This document shows positions 14,901-25,714 of a DNA stretch of 64,000 bases, in pieces (the stretch's first letter is position 1; every line of letters starts with the position of its first letter). Position numbers and translations under genes: made by a program. The DNA is from Octopus sinensis (lineage: Eukaryota). The notes beneath the pieces are model-generated. The model had not been told where the DNA came from. It worked only from the letters and a program-made list of their open reading frames with translations, and did no database searches. Location of the stretch: NCBI RefSeq assembly GCF_006345805.1, contig NC_043025.1:1984001-2048000 (forward strand), in the 5' to 3' direction.

Positions 14901-17900
14901 GAAAAGACCAAGAACTTCAAGGGCCTCCGTGGACATAGATGACACAGAACTACCCCACGTCTTTACCACAGAAGATTTCATTGGTTTGTTATATGAAAAG
15001 ACCAAGAACTTGAGGGCCTCCGTGGACATAGATGACACAGAACTACCCCACGTCTTTACCACAGAAGATTTAATTGGTCTGTCATATGAAAAGACCAAGA
15101 AGTTGAGAGCCTCCGTGGACATAGATGACACAGAACTACCCCACGTCTTTACCACAGAAGATTTCATTGGTTTGTTATATGAAAAGACCAAGAACTTCAA
15201 GGGACTCCGTGGACATAGATGACACAGAACTACCCCACGTCTTTACCACAGAAGATTTCATTAGTTTGTCATATGAAAAGACCAAGAACTTCAAGGGCCT
15301 CTGTGGACATAGATGACACAGAACTACCCCACGTCTTTACCACAGAAGATTTCATTGGTTTGTTATATCAAAAGACCAAGAACTTCAAGGGCCTCCGTGG
15401 ACATAGATGACACAGAACTACCCCACGTCTTTACCACAGAAGATTTCATTGGTTTGTTATATCAAAAGACCAAGAACTTCAAGGGCCTCCGTGGACATAG
15501 ATGACACAGAACTACCCCACGTCTTTACCACAGAAGATTTAATTGGTCTGTCATATGAAAAGACCAAGAAGTTGAGAGCCTCCGTGGACATAGATGACAC
15601 AGAACTACCCCACGTCTTTACCACAGAAGATTTCATTGGTCTGTCATATGAAAAGACCAAGAACTTGAGGGCCTCCGTGTACATAGATGACACAGAACTA
15701 CCCCACGTCTTTACCACAGAAGATTTAATTGGTCTGTCATATGAAAAGACCAAGACCTTGAGGGCCTCCGTGGACATAGATGACACAGAACTACCCCACG
15801 TCTTTACCACAGAAGATTTCATTGGTTTGTCATATGAAAAGACCAAGAACTTCAAGGGCCTCCGTGGACATAGATGACACAGAACTACCCCACGTCTTTA
15901 CCACAGAAGATTTCATTGGTTTGTTATATGAAAAGACCAAGAACTTCAAGGGCCTCCGTGGACATAGATGACACAGAACTACCCCACGTCTTTACCACAG
16001 AAGATTTCATTGGTTTGTTATATCAAAAGACCAAGAACTTCAAGGTCCTCCGTGGACATAGATGACATAGAACTACCCCACGTCTTTACCACAGAAGATT
16101 TCATTGGTTTGTTATATGAAAAGACCAAGAACTTCAAGGGCCTCCGTGGACATAGATGACACAGAACTACCCCACGTCTTTACCACAGAAGATTTCATTG
16201 GTTTGTTATATCAAAAGACCAAGAACTTCAAGGGCCTCCGTGGACATAGATGACACAGAACTACCCCACGTCTTTACCACAGAAGATTTCATTGGTTTGT
16301 TATATCAAAAGACCAAGAACTTCAAGGGCCTCCGTGGACATAGATGACACAGAACTACCCCACGTCTTTACCACAGAAGATTTCATTGGTTTGTTATATG
16401 AAAAGACCAAGAACTTCAAGGGCCTCCGTGGACATAGATGACACAGAACTACCCCACGTCTTTACCACAGAAGATTTCATTGGTCTGTCATATGAAATGA
16501 CCAAGAAGTTGAGGGCCTCCGTGGACATAGATGACACAGAACTACCCCACGTCTTTACCACAGAAGATTTCATTGGTCTGATATATGAAAAGACCAAGAA
16601 CTTCAAAGGCCTCCGTGGACATAGATGACACAGAACTACCCCACGTCTTTACCACAGAAGATTTCATTGGTTTGTTATATCAAAAGACCAAGAACTTCAA
16701 GGGCCTCTGTGGACATAGATGACACAGAACTACCCCACGTCTTTACCACAGAAGATTTCATTGGTTTGTCATATGAAAAGACCAAGAACTTCAAGGGCCT
16801 CCGTGGACATAGATGACACAGAACTACCCCACGTCTTTACCACAGAAGATTTCATTGGTTTGTTATATCAAAAGACCAAGAACTTCAAGGGCCTCCGTGG
16901 ACATAGATGACACAGAACTACCCCACGTCTTTACCACAGAAGATTTCATTGGTTTGTCATATGAAAAGACCAAGAACTTCAAGGGCCTCCGTGGACATAG
17001 ATGACACAGAACTACCCCACGTCTTTACCACAGAAGATTTCATTGGTTTGTTATATGAAAAGACCAAGAACTTCAAGGGCTTCCGTGGACATAGATGACA
17101 CAGAACTACCCCACGTCTTTACCACAGAATATTTCATTGGTTTGTCATATGAAAAGACCAAGAACTTCAAGGGCCTCCGTTGACATAGATGACACAGAAC
17201 TACCCCACGTCTTTACCACAGAAGATTTCATTGGTTTGTCATATGAAAAGACCAAGAACTTCAAGGGCTTCCGTGGACATAGATGACACAGAACTACCCC
17301 ACGTCTTTACCACAGAAGATTTCATTGGTTTGTCATATGAAAAGACCAAGAACTTCAAGGGCCTCCGTGGACATAGATCACACAGAACTACCCCACGTCT
17401 TTACCACAGAAGATTTCATTGGTTTGTTATATGAAAAGACCAAGAACTTGAGGGCCTCCGTGGACATAGATGACACAGAACTACCCCACGTCTTTACCAC
17501 AGAAGATTTAATTGGTCTGTCATATGAAAAGACCAAGAAGTTGAGAGCCTCCGTGGACATAGATGACACAGAACTACCCCACGTCTTTACCACAGAAGAT
17601 TTCATTGGTCTGTCATATGAAAAGACCAAGAACTTGAGGGCCTCCGTGGACATAGATGACACAGAACTACCCCACGTCTTTACCACAGAAGATTTAATTG
17701 GTCTGTCATACGAAAAGTCCAAGAACTTGAGGCCCCCGTGGACATAGATGACACAGAACTACCCCACGTCTTTACCACAGAAGATTTCATTGGTTTGTCA
17801 TATGAAAAGACCAAGAACTTGAGGGCCTCCGTGGACATAGATGACACAGAACTACCCCACGTCTTTACCACAGAAGATTTAATTGGTCTGTCATACGAAA

Positions 17901-18577
17901 AGACCAAGAACTTGAGGCCCCCGTGGACATAGATGACACAGAACTACCCCACGTCTTTACCACAGAAGATTTCATTGGTTTGTCATATGAAAAGACCAAG
18001 AACTTCAAGGGCCTCCCTGGACATAGATGACACAGAACTACCCCACGTCTTTACCACAGAAGATTTCATTGGTTTGTTATATGAAAAGACCAAGAACTTC
18101 AAGGGCCTCCGTGGACATAGATGACACAGAACTACCCCACGTCTTTACCACAGAAGATTTCATTGGTTTGTTATATCAAAAGACCAAGAACTTCAAGGGC
18201 CTCCGTGGACATAGATGACACATAACTACCCCACGTCTTTACCACAGAAGATTTCATTGGTTTGTTATATGAAAAGACCAAGAACTTCAAGGGCCTCCGT
18301 GGACATAGATGACACAGAACTACCCCACGTCTTTACCACTGAAGATTTCATTGGTTTGTCATATGAAAAGACCAAGAACTTCAAGGGCCTCCGTGGACAT
18401 AGATGACACATAACTACCCCACGTCTTTACCACAGAAGATTTCTTTGGTTTGTTATATGAAATACCAAGAACCTCAAGAGCCTTCGTGGACACAGATGAC
18501 ACAGAACTACCTCACGTCTTTGGCACAGAAGATTTCATTGGTTTGTTATATGAAAGATCGAGAACTTCAAGGGCCTC
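5974..18577. repeat. Tandem satellite array, 94-bp monomer with 93-bp variants, about 134 copies, 12.6 kb
   Basis: Monomer tgacacagaactaccccacgtctttaccacagaagatttcattggtttgttatatgaaaagaccaagaacttcaagggcctccgtggacataga; ORF track recurs every 94 nt; the edge monomers are more degenerate. Confidence 0.99.
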
Positions 18578-19739
18578 AAGCTGGTACTACTTCGGTGTGT
18601 GATCTACAATTACTTTAGGCTTCTCTTTAGGTTAGTTTTCAATGTCTAAAGAGAAACTGTGAAAGTTTGTGTTGGTACCCCTACCAGTTATCCGAATATT
18701 TGACACAGAGATAGATTGCAAAGGACTTTTTTTTTATTCAATCAGTATAATATAGAAAAACATTTCCGTAGCGGATAGAGCTATAAGTTTGGCAGCCATG
18801 AGTTTTGCAACGTAAAGATGACAAAATTTCACCGTCTTCCCCTTTTCTTCCATCTTCCTTTATTTCTCCATCACAACGATGAGATGGTGCCACATTTTAT
18901 TCATTATCTAAAAGTCCATTTCTTCGTAAAAATGCAAATACCTTCGTCTCGCCGCTGTATAAATCTTTAGCGAACATCTTCTGAGCTTTTAGAAATTGCA
19001 AATTATAGAAAAAAAAGTAACCTAAAGTATTTGGCCTTTAATTTGTGAATCCCACACCCAAGCACCACCCTCATGTTTTTATTTCAGAATTTACTTTTTC
19101 TTAGACTAGTTGCCTTAACGAAGCTGTAGAGTTCAGTCTATCCTACGAGTCAAAGGTTAGCAAAATTACGGCCTTGGTAAGAAAACTCTCAGCAACCAGA
19201 GTCTTCGTATTATGTCAGAGTAGTAAAATAATGATATAAACTGAAAAATAAAAATAATAACGGTATATGATATATAAAAAGAATACGAAAAACAAATAAT
19301 AATGATTATGTTTTAAAAGCAAACTGCTGGAAGTTAGCAAAGTTGAAAGGTTAAAAAGTCTGCCAGGTTTTCCGTTGAGTCTTACTAGTAACATTGTGAC
19401 CCAGGACAAAGTGCTGCATGGATGGGTTGTTGGCGACTCAACCAGTAAGACGTCCAAGATTGCTTGGTGAGGAGGTGTTTTTTGGACAACGAGGGGCAGG
19501 GGTGAGAAACAAAAAAAAGAAACAGAAAGAAAGGGTGGAAAGACGGAAGGACATGTGCACACACACACACACACACACACATTGCTTACGACGGGCTTCT
19601 TTCAGTGTCCGTCAACGAACTCCACTCACAAGACTTTTCAAAAGCGAATGAATAATGCGAAATTATTTTCGATTCATGTTCTTTGTCTGGAAATCTTTCG
19701 TCCACATCCTGTGACCTCTTCATAAAATAAGAACAATAA

Positions 19740-20128
19740 TCCTTTCTACTTATAGGCACAAGGCCTGAAATTGTGGGGAGGGGAGAGGCGATTACATCGA
19801 CCCCTGTACTCAAATGGTACTCGAGCACGAAATGAGGAAAGGCAAAGTCGACCTCGGCGGAATTTGAACTCAGAACGAAACGGCAGACGAAATACCTATT
19901 TCTTTACTACCCACAAGGGGCTAAACACAGAGGACAGAAAGGACAGACAAACGGATTAAGTCAATTATATCGATCGCAGTGCGTAACTGGTACTTATTCA
20001 ATCGACCCTCGAAAGGATGAAAGGCAAAGTCGATCTCGGCGGAATTTGAACTCAGAACGTAACGGCAGACGAAATACCGCTAAGCATTTCGCCCGGCGTG
20101 CTAACGTCTCTGCCAGCTCGCCACCTTA
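19740..20128 (-). mobile_element. tRNA-derived SINE, family B, with internal duplication
   Basis: The reverse complement starts aaggtggcgagctggcagagacgttagcacgccgggcg (A-box-like) and contains ttctgagttcaaattccgccgag (B-box-like); multiple copies in the window. Confidence 0.8.
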
Positions 20129-20429
20129 CAACGCATACATTATTGATGACGTGAAAAGCAAACACAGATTTTATAGTGGAAGGTACATAACTCTTGCAGA
20201 GAAGAGAGTTATTTCCCTTAGTCTTTTAATAAAATTTGCTAAGGCAGAAGTTTAGGTTCGAAGCTGCTCCAAGTCAACTTTTGTCTTTCGTTCTTCCCTG
20301 GACAATGGAATAATGCACCAATCGCATTCCAGGGTCGATTTTATCGATTATGCCCCGCATCATCGATTGAAATCTTTTGATTATGTTAGAAATTAGGAAA
20401 TAGTTCAAGGAAGCATATGGTTGGAAAAG

Positions 20430-21100
20430 ACTGGTCTTCCATATGTTGTGGTGATCTTCAGGGAGGAATTCCTCATTCTGGCCAGAGTGACGCAGGAAGA
20501 AGCGGAGAGAGAGGACAAGGTAGATACCCGCATTTCTGGCAAACCTGGATATGTTGACAAGAGGAGGGGGACTCTTAATCTGTTTGTAAAGATTATATCA
20601 ACAACCCCTTCACGTGCACTTATAGTGACATCAGGAGGGACCAGCTGCTGGGTTCTGGCAAGTTACTGCTTAGGCTGCCAGAACCAACAATGGAATGGAA
20701 TCTGAAGGAACCGAGCACCAGTGAAATGGGAAAAGGGATGAGGATGGTGAGATTTATCACAGCATAATTGAGTGGTCTATAAGAACTGCTGGAAGCTACT
20801 CTATCGGGTGTGGAGTGTCCTACATATAACCTGGAGGAGAAGATAGGTTACCCAGTCATAGACATACATCGAAGGGTTGAATATACCGAAGGAGACAAGG
20901 GCCGAGATTATCAACCTATGTTGAGTCATCCCCTTGCTCAGTGAAGAACGCAAGATTCTCTTAGACATTGTGTCTGAGTGACCCTTCAACTTTCTGCTAA
21001 AGTACGATTGTATAGACAGGGTTTTACGGAAGGGAGTCATACTGAGCTGGGTGTCACTGGTTTCCCTGTACTTTTGGTTAAAAAAAAAGTGAAGCACATT
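20430..21100 (-). pseudogene. Highly decayed LINE (L2/CR1-like) reverse transcriptase remnant
   Basis: Minus-strand translation QHRLIISALVSFGIFNPSMYVYDWVTYLL resembles the FDrVwH..Ll.kl..Gi...W..fL block, with a downstream SLVLGSF; a weak match only. Confidence 0.35.
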
Positions 21101-21164
21101 TCAAGAGACATCTGCAGAAATATTCCACTATAGGTGGTCTTACATTCTATTAGAAACAACAGCC

Positions 21165-21725
21165 AACTGCCCTTGAATTTACATTATTTCTCTGCATCTT
21201 GTGATACTGCATTTAGATCTGCAGAAATTTCCATAGACACAAATACATCTCAGAGAATCATGCAATGAGCAAAATAAATAGGATTTTTATCATACAGATT
21301 TAAATTGAACCCCTATTTGTCTCCCTATCACAGCTGCTGCACGTTAATTACTTAATCCAATACAGTCATACAACCCAAGGCCTATTTCTCTGAAACAGTC
21401 ATCTACCTTTTAAAAAATAATTTCCACCTAACAATCGACAGAACAATGGTCCTTCGTGGGCCCTGTTCCATATTAATTTTAGTCATTGCGTCTAATTGAA
21501 TTTAGAAAGCTTTTTCAAATCTTCCAGTAATTTTCTCCAATTAATCATCATTAATGTCTGGAATACAGCTACCAACAATATTATTTGAGAGACAAACTTC
21601 CTTCGATTAACCTGCATTTGCTTTTTCCATTAATAATTTCTGTGGTTTTCGTTTCTTTTGGCAACAAAAATTCTTCCCCAACGCAGCATGTTTTTGTTTC
21701 TTTTTTTTGGCTATTTTCTGCACGT
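21165..21725 (-). pseudogene. hAT (Charlie/Buster-type) transposase fossil
   Basis: Manual minus-strand translation with stops: KIAKKK..; VCLSNNIVGSCIPDINDD*LEKITGRFEKAF*IQLDAMT (cf. LSnnTV.rrI.d...FaiQLDEsT); DCIGLSN*RAAAVIG (cf. GitTDGAaaM.G); FAHCMIL (cf. HCxxH). Confidence 0.7.
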
Positions 21726-22039
21726 GGTCACTTTTATAAATATAAATTAAATTAAAAGAAAATATATTCCAAATAAATCATATAAACAGTAACTTATGGT
21801 TTTGTATGACTGAGCTTTGGCAATTAACAAGTATTTTTTAACAAAAGCAAACCAAACAAAACAATTACTCACGAGCTCAAAAAAAAACACGTCTGAACGA
21901 TAGCTTAAACTGTGCTCTATAATTTATTACCTATAGAGGCGATACAAAGAAAATGACAACACAATCATGAATGATTTGACGATGTAGAGCAATTGGGGTC
22001 AATTAAAAATTGTACGACGGCGTCTTTAATTTTTCGTCA

Positions 22040-22130
22040 ACGAAAACCTCTCACAAGGCTCTGGTAGGCCCGAGGTGTCAGGCAGTGAGACTGAACTTGA
22101 AGGCGCGTGGTTGGAAAACAAGCTTCTTAT
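22040..22130 (-). mobile_element. SINE family A fragment
   Basis: ctcacaaggctctggtaggcccgagg..gagactgaac..tggttggaaaacaagcttctt is the reverse complement of the family A head. Confidence 0.65.
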
Positions 22131-22378
22131 CACGCAGCCAATAAAAATATTAGAAATATTAAAATTACTAAGTCTCTCTAAAAGAGAACAACGGCAGCGT
22201 TCCCGGGAAATAATAGTTATCGCCATACTAATATGGCATTCTTATAAAAATAAGAATAAAGCTGTCCGCTTATTAGCTCCATGAGGCCATCGCCTTAAGT
22301 TAGCTATTTGATACACAAACTGTATCCATATAACCTTCGAACAAGGGAGGTCAGTCGCTCCATACTACTTGACCGGCA

Positions 22379-22420
22379 GCTACACACGCGTTTCGGGGTA
22401 TTGCCCCTTTTCAATGCAGC
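22379..22420 (-). ncRNA. Minimal type I hammerhead ribozyme motif (U3-A8 variant, GUG at the cleavage triplet, probably impaired)
   Basis: Minus strand GCTGCA-TTGAAAA-GGGG(CAATA)CCCC-GAAA-CGCG-TG-TGTAGC: 6-bp stem I with one G.U, 4-bp stem II, palindromic ACGCGT stem III. Confidence 0.75.
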
Positions 22421-22494
22421 GTAGCCAGACCAGTAGGTGTCGCTTCTGGTATTTGCAAAGGGAGGCCATCCCTTTCTCGTAAGCCTGAGTGATA

Positions 22495-22539
22495 CGCACC
22501 GGACCGGTTTCGAGATTATTGTCTCTTATCAACGGGCGG
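22495..22539 (-). ncRNA. Minimal type I hammerhead ribozyme motif (U3-A8 variant, GUC site)
   Basis: Minus strand CCGCCCG-TTGATAA-GAGA(CAATAA)TCTC-GAAA-CCGG-TC-CGGTGCG: 4-bp stem II, palindromic ACCGGT stem III, stem I of 3+3 bp with one bulge; predicted cleavage 3' of 22502. Confidence 0.8.
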
Positions 22540-22599
22540 TAACCACCAGGTCACACACACACACATATATATATATATATCATAATAAGAAGACGAATA

Positions 22600-22682
<83 letters not shown>

Positions 22683-22762
22683 TCCCGGGCTGAGTCGGGG
22701 TTAACCACAGTAAATAAGGTACTCAATACATAGCAGAGTAAATTAATTTATTTTATAGAAGG

Positions 22763-22813
22763 AGCTTCTACAGGACTAGAACTGTTTCATTCAAAAGGAA
22801 TCATCAGGAAGCT
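22763..22813 (-). ncRNA. Type I hammerhead ribozyme motif in the PLE pseudo-LTR (minus copy)
   Basis: Minus strand AGCTTC-CTGATGA-ttccttttgaat-GAAA-CAG(ttctagtc)CTG-TA-GAAGCT; perfect 6-bp stem I, GUA site, weak stem II. Confidence 0.85.
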
Positions 22814-23038
22814 AGGTGACAAGAGTAGTATTGGCATTTATACATTTAGGCAGGTTTAAAGGGGTGGTGGTGGGGGACTTTTTTGGGGTAGGCATGGCGC
22901 AAACTATCATTCTTAGGTGACTGGTCAAAGGAATCGGTGGTAAAGTAGATAAAAGAATAAATAGAAAAATAGTGTTTTAGGTAAATAAGGAGACTCTCAC
23001 TTATACATATACATATACATATATATATATACATATAC

Positions 23039-23098
<60 letters not shown>

Positions 23099-23367
23099 GT
23101 ACATATACACATACACACACACACATACACATATGTATACATATACATACATACATATACGCACATATACATACATACACATATACATATATACACATAC
23201 ACATACGTACACATACACACATACACCCATATACACATGTACATATATACCCATATACATGTATCCACGTACACGCCCATACCCATACTCATACATACAC
23301 TTATATATGTCTAGACACATATATATATTAAAGGGGATATACACCCCATACACACACGCTCCCATAT

Positions 23368-23416
<49 letters not shown>

Positions 23417-23475
23417 CATATATATTTACACACACCCATATACACATATAAATACATACATACACATACATACCT

Positions 23476-23524
<49 letters not shown>

Positions 23525-23743
23525 TCAATATAGGGTGGCAAAAAATTTTGTAGAATTTTTTTGCCACCAGCGGTCTAGTGGGAAAAAATTAAATAGTCAT
23601 AGACCATTTTTAAGTTCAACATCACAATCAAGGAACGGCCATAATAGGCCATTCACCCACTAGAAATAACAGCCAAAAGCTTCAACCGCAAAATAACATC
23701 AATTCCGTTACCCAGGAGAAAATTAAAAAACATTTACCCTGTA

Positions 23744-23850
23744 ATTTCTTATACGATGCACCGTTTCATCTACTGTTTAATGGTAAACTAACCTGATTAA
23801 ATTAAATCAAGCCAATCTACCATAGGCCCTTAGAATCATCAGTAAGAAAT
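23744..23850 (-). ncRNA. Type I hammerhead ribozyme with extended stem II (subfamily 1, minus copy)
   Basis: Reverse complement of 24159-24265 apart from one loop base. Confidence 0.85.
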
Positions 23851-24158
23851 AGCCAAGTCGGAACAGATATTTTTCACGAGGCATTCCCGTCCCTGCCTCG
23901 GCAATATCTGACCTAAAATTTTCAAATCATCGCACTCGCGCCAAATTTATCGGCAGCAAATAAATATAAGCCGTCGATTCCATTACGGAATTAACCAGAA
24001 AATTCATAATTAATCAATATAGGGTGGCAAAAAATTTTGTAGAATTTTTTTGCCACCAGCGAGTGCGATGCGAGTGCGATGATTTGAAAATTTTAGGTCA
24101 GATATTGCCGAGGCAGGGACGGAAATGCCTCGTGAAAAATATCTGTTCCGACTTGGCT

Positions 24159-24265
24159 ATTTCTTACTGATGATTCTAAGGGCCTATGGTAGATTGGCTT
24201 GATTGAATTTAATCAGGTTAGTTTACCATTAAACAGTAGATGAAACGGTGCATCGTATAAGAAAT
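24159..24265 (+). ncRNA. Type I hammerhead ribozyme with extended stem II (subfamily 1, plus copy)
   Basis: ATTTCTTA-CTGATGA-tTCTA..[19-bp hairpin 24186-24229]..TAGAt-GAAA-CGG(TGCA)TCG-TA-TAAGAAAT; 8-bp stem I, GUA site, predicted cleavage after 24257. Confidence 0.88.
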
Positions 24266-24394
24266 TACAGGGTAAATGTTTTTTAATTTTCTCCTGGTTT
24301 ACGGAATTGATGTTATTTTGCGGTTGAAGCTTTTGGCTGTTATTTCTAGTGGGTGAATGGCCTATTATGGCCGTTCCTTGATTGTGATGATATA

Positions 24395-24436
<42 letters not shown>

Positions 24437-25667
24437 CATATATATACACACACACATACATACACATACAAATGCATATACATGCACACACATACACACA
24501 CATTTCTTCCCTTATTTTAATTTTATTTTTATTTTTGTTTTTATTTTTATTTTTATCTTGACCTCGGCCAGCCAGTCCGGCACTGAAGTGATGTCGTCCC
24601 AAGGGAACTAGTCTAAAGAATCCATTTATTGCCCCTCTCCCTTCCTTTCTATCTTTCTATTCACTGATACGAACACAAACACTCACACACGCACACACAC
24701 TCACACGTACACTCATACACATATACACACGCACGTGTTATATTCATACATACATACATCGACATACATGCGTGTATATACACATACGTACACGTACCTA
24801 CAAATTCATATCTACACGCATACACATACATACATCTATACACCCACAGAAGACTAGTCCATACATATACACAAATAAATATATATACATATACATATAC
24901 ACATACATACACATACATACATACATATATATATATATACATATACATATATATACATATATATATATACATATATATATACATATATACACATACACAT
25001 ACATGTACGCGCATACCTACATATACATACACACATATATACTTACACCAGTCATATACATACCTATATACCCATACATCCATATATCTATACATATACA
25101 TACACGTATATATACACAAGCACATACTAATACACACGCACACACATCTATCTACATATATAAAAAAGAAACCCAACAAGTCCATACATGTACACATACA
25201 CATACATACATGCATATACACATATATACCCATACACATATACACATACATACACATACACATATGTATACACACATGTATATATATATACATATATACA
25301 CATACATATACATACACACATGCATACACATACACACACACACGCGCATCTATATGTACACATAAGTATATACATGCATAAATGTATACATATGTTTATA
25401 CATATTCATACACATACACACACACACGCACATCCTTATATACATAAATACATACATGCATACAAACATATACATATATACATACATGCATACTCAAATA
25501 ATAAGTAATAAATAATAAATATATATACATGCAGTTACCCATTATACAGACGGATACATACATATAAACATACACATATATACCTATTTACACATATGTA
25601 TATATACATACATACATACACATACACATAACTCTACATACCTACATATACATAAACACACAAGCGT

Positions 25668-25714
<47 letters not shown>

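Larger units (their letters stand above)
23521..24389. mobile_element. Retrozyme-like non-coding element, subfamily 1: 1.1 monomers (489-nt period) on the minus strand joined head-to-head to a 320-nt plus-strand partial monomer
   Basis: Direct repeat 23521-23571 = 24010-24060; inverted arms 23620-23939 and 24070-24389; one hammerhead per arm; homologous to the 48.8-kb repeat; (TA)n on both sides. Confidence 0.8.

Noticed and set aside
5974-18577. More than 100 short ORFs (MTQNYPTSLPQK.., VDIDDTELPHVF..), a superficial DxNDN-like motif, and a CRISPR-like appearance
   Set aside because: The ORFs result from the 94-nt period, which shifts frame every unit; longer ones are just runs of 93-nt variants. 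There are no unique spacers, and the DNA is eukaryotic.
18608-18660. 10-bp inverted repeat TTCTCTTTAG/CTAAAGAGAA just right of the satellite
   Set aside because: Single AT-rich hairpin; I could not fit a ribozyme core or a terminal-repeat partner.
19095-19470. Possible small exons (ttcttag|TSCLNEAVEFSLSYESK|gttag and aag|..KLLEVSKVERLKSLPGF..IAW*)
   Set aside because: The splice-like signals are plausible, but there is no recognisable homology or partner exons; this needs RNA-seq.
24578-24620. ctgaagtgatgtcgtcccaagggaactagtc in the pseudo-LTR, resembling a hammerhead core
   Set aside because: The core is non-canonical, no stem I can be formed, and it is antisense to the element.
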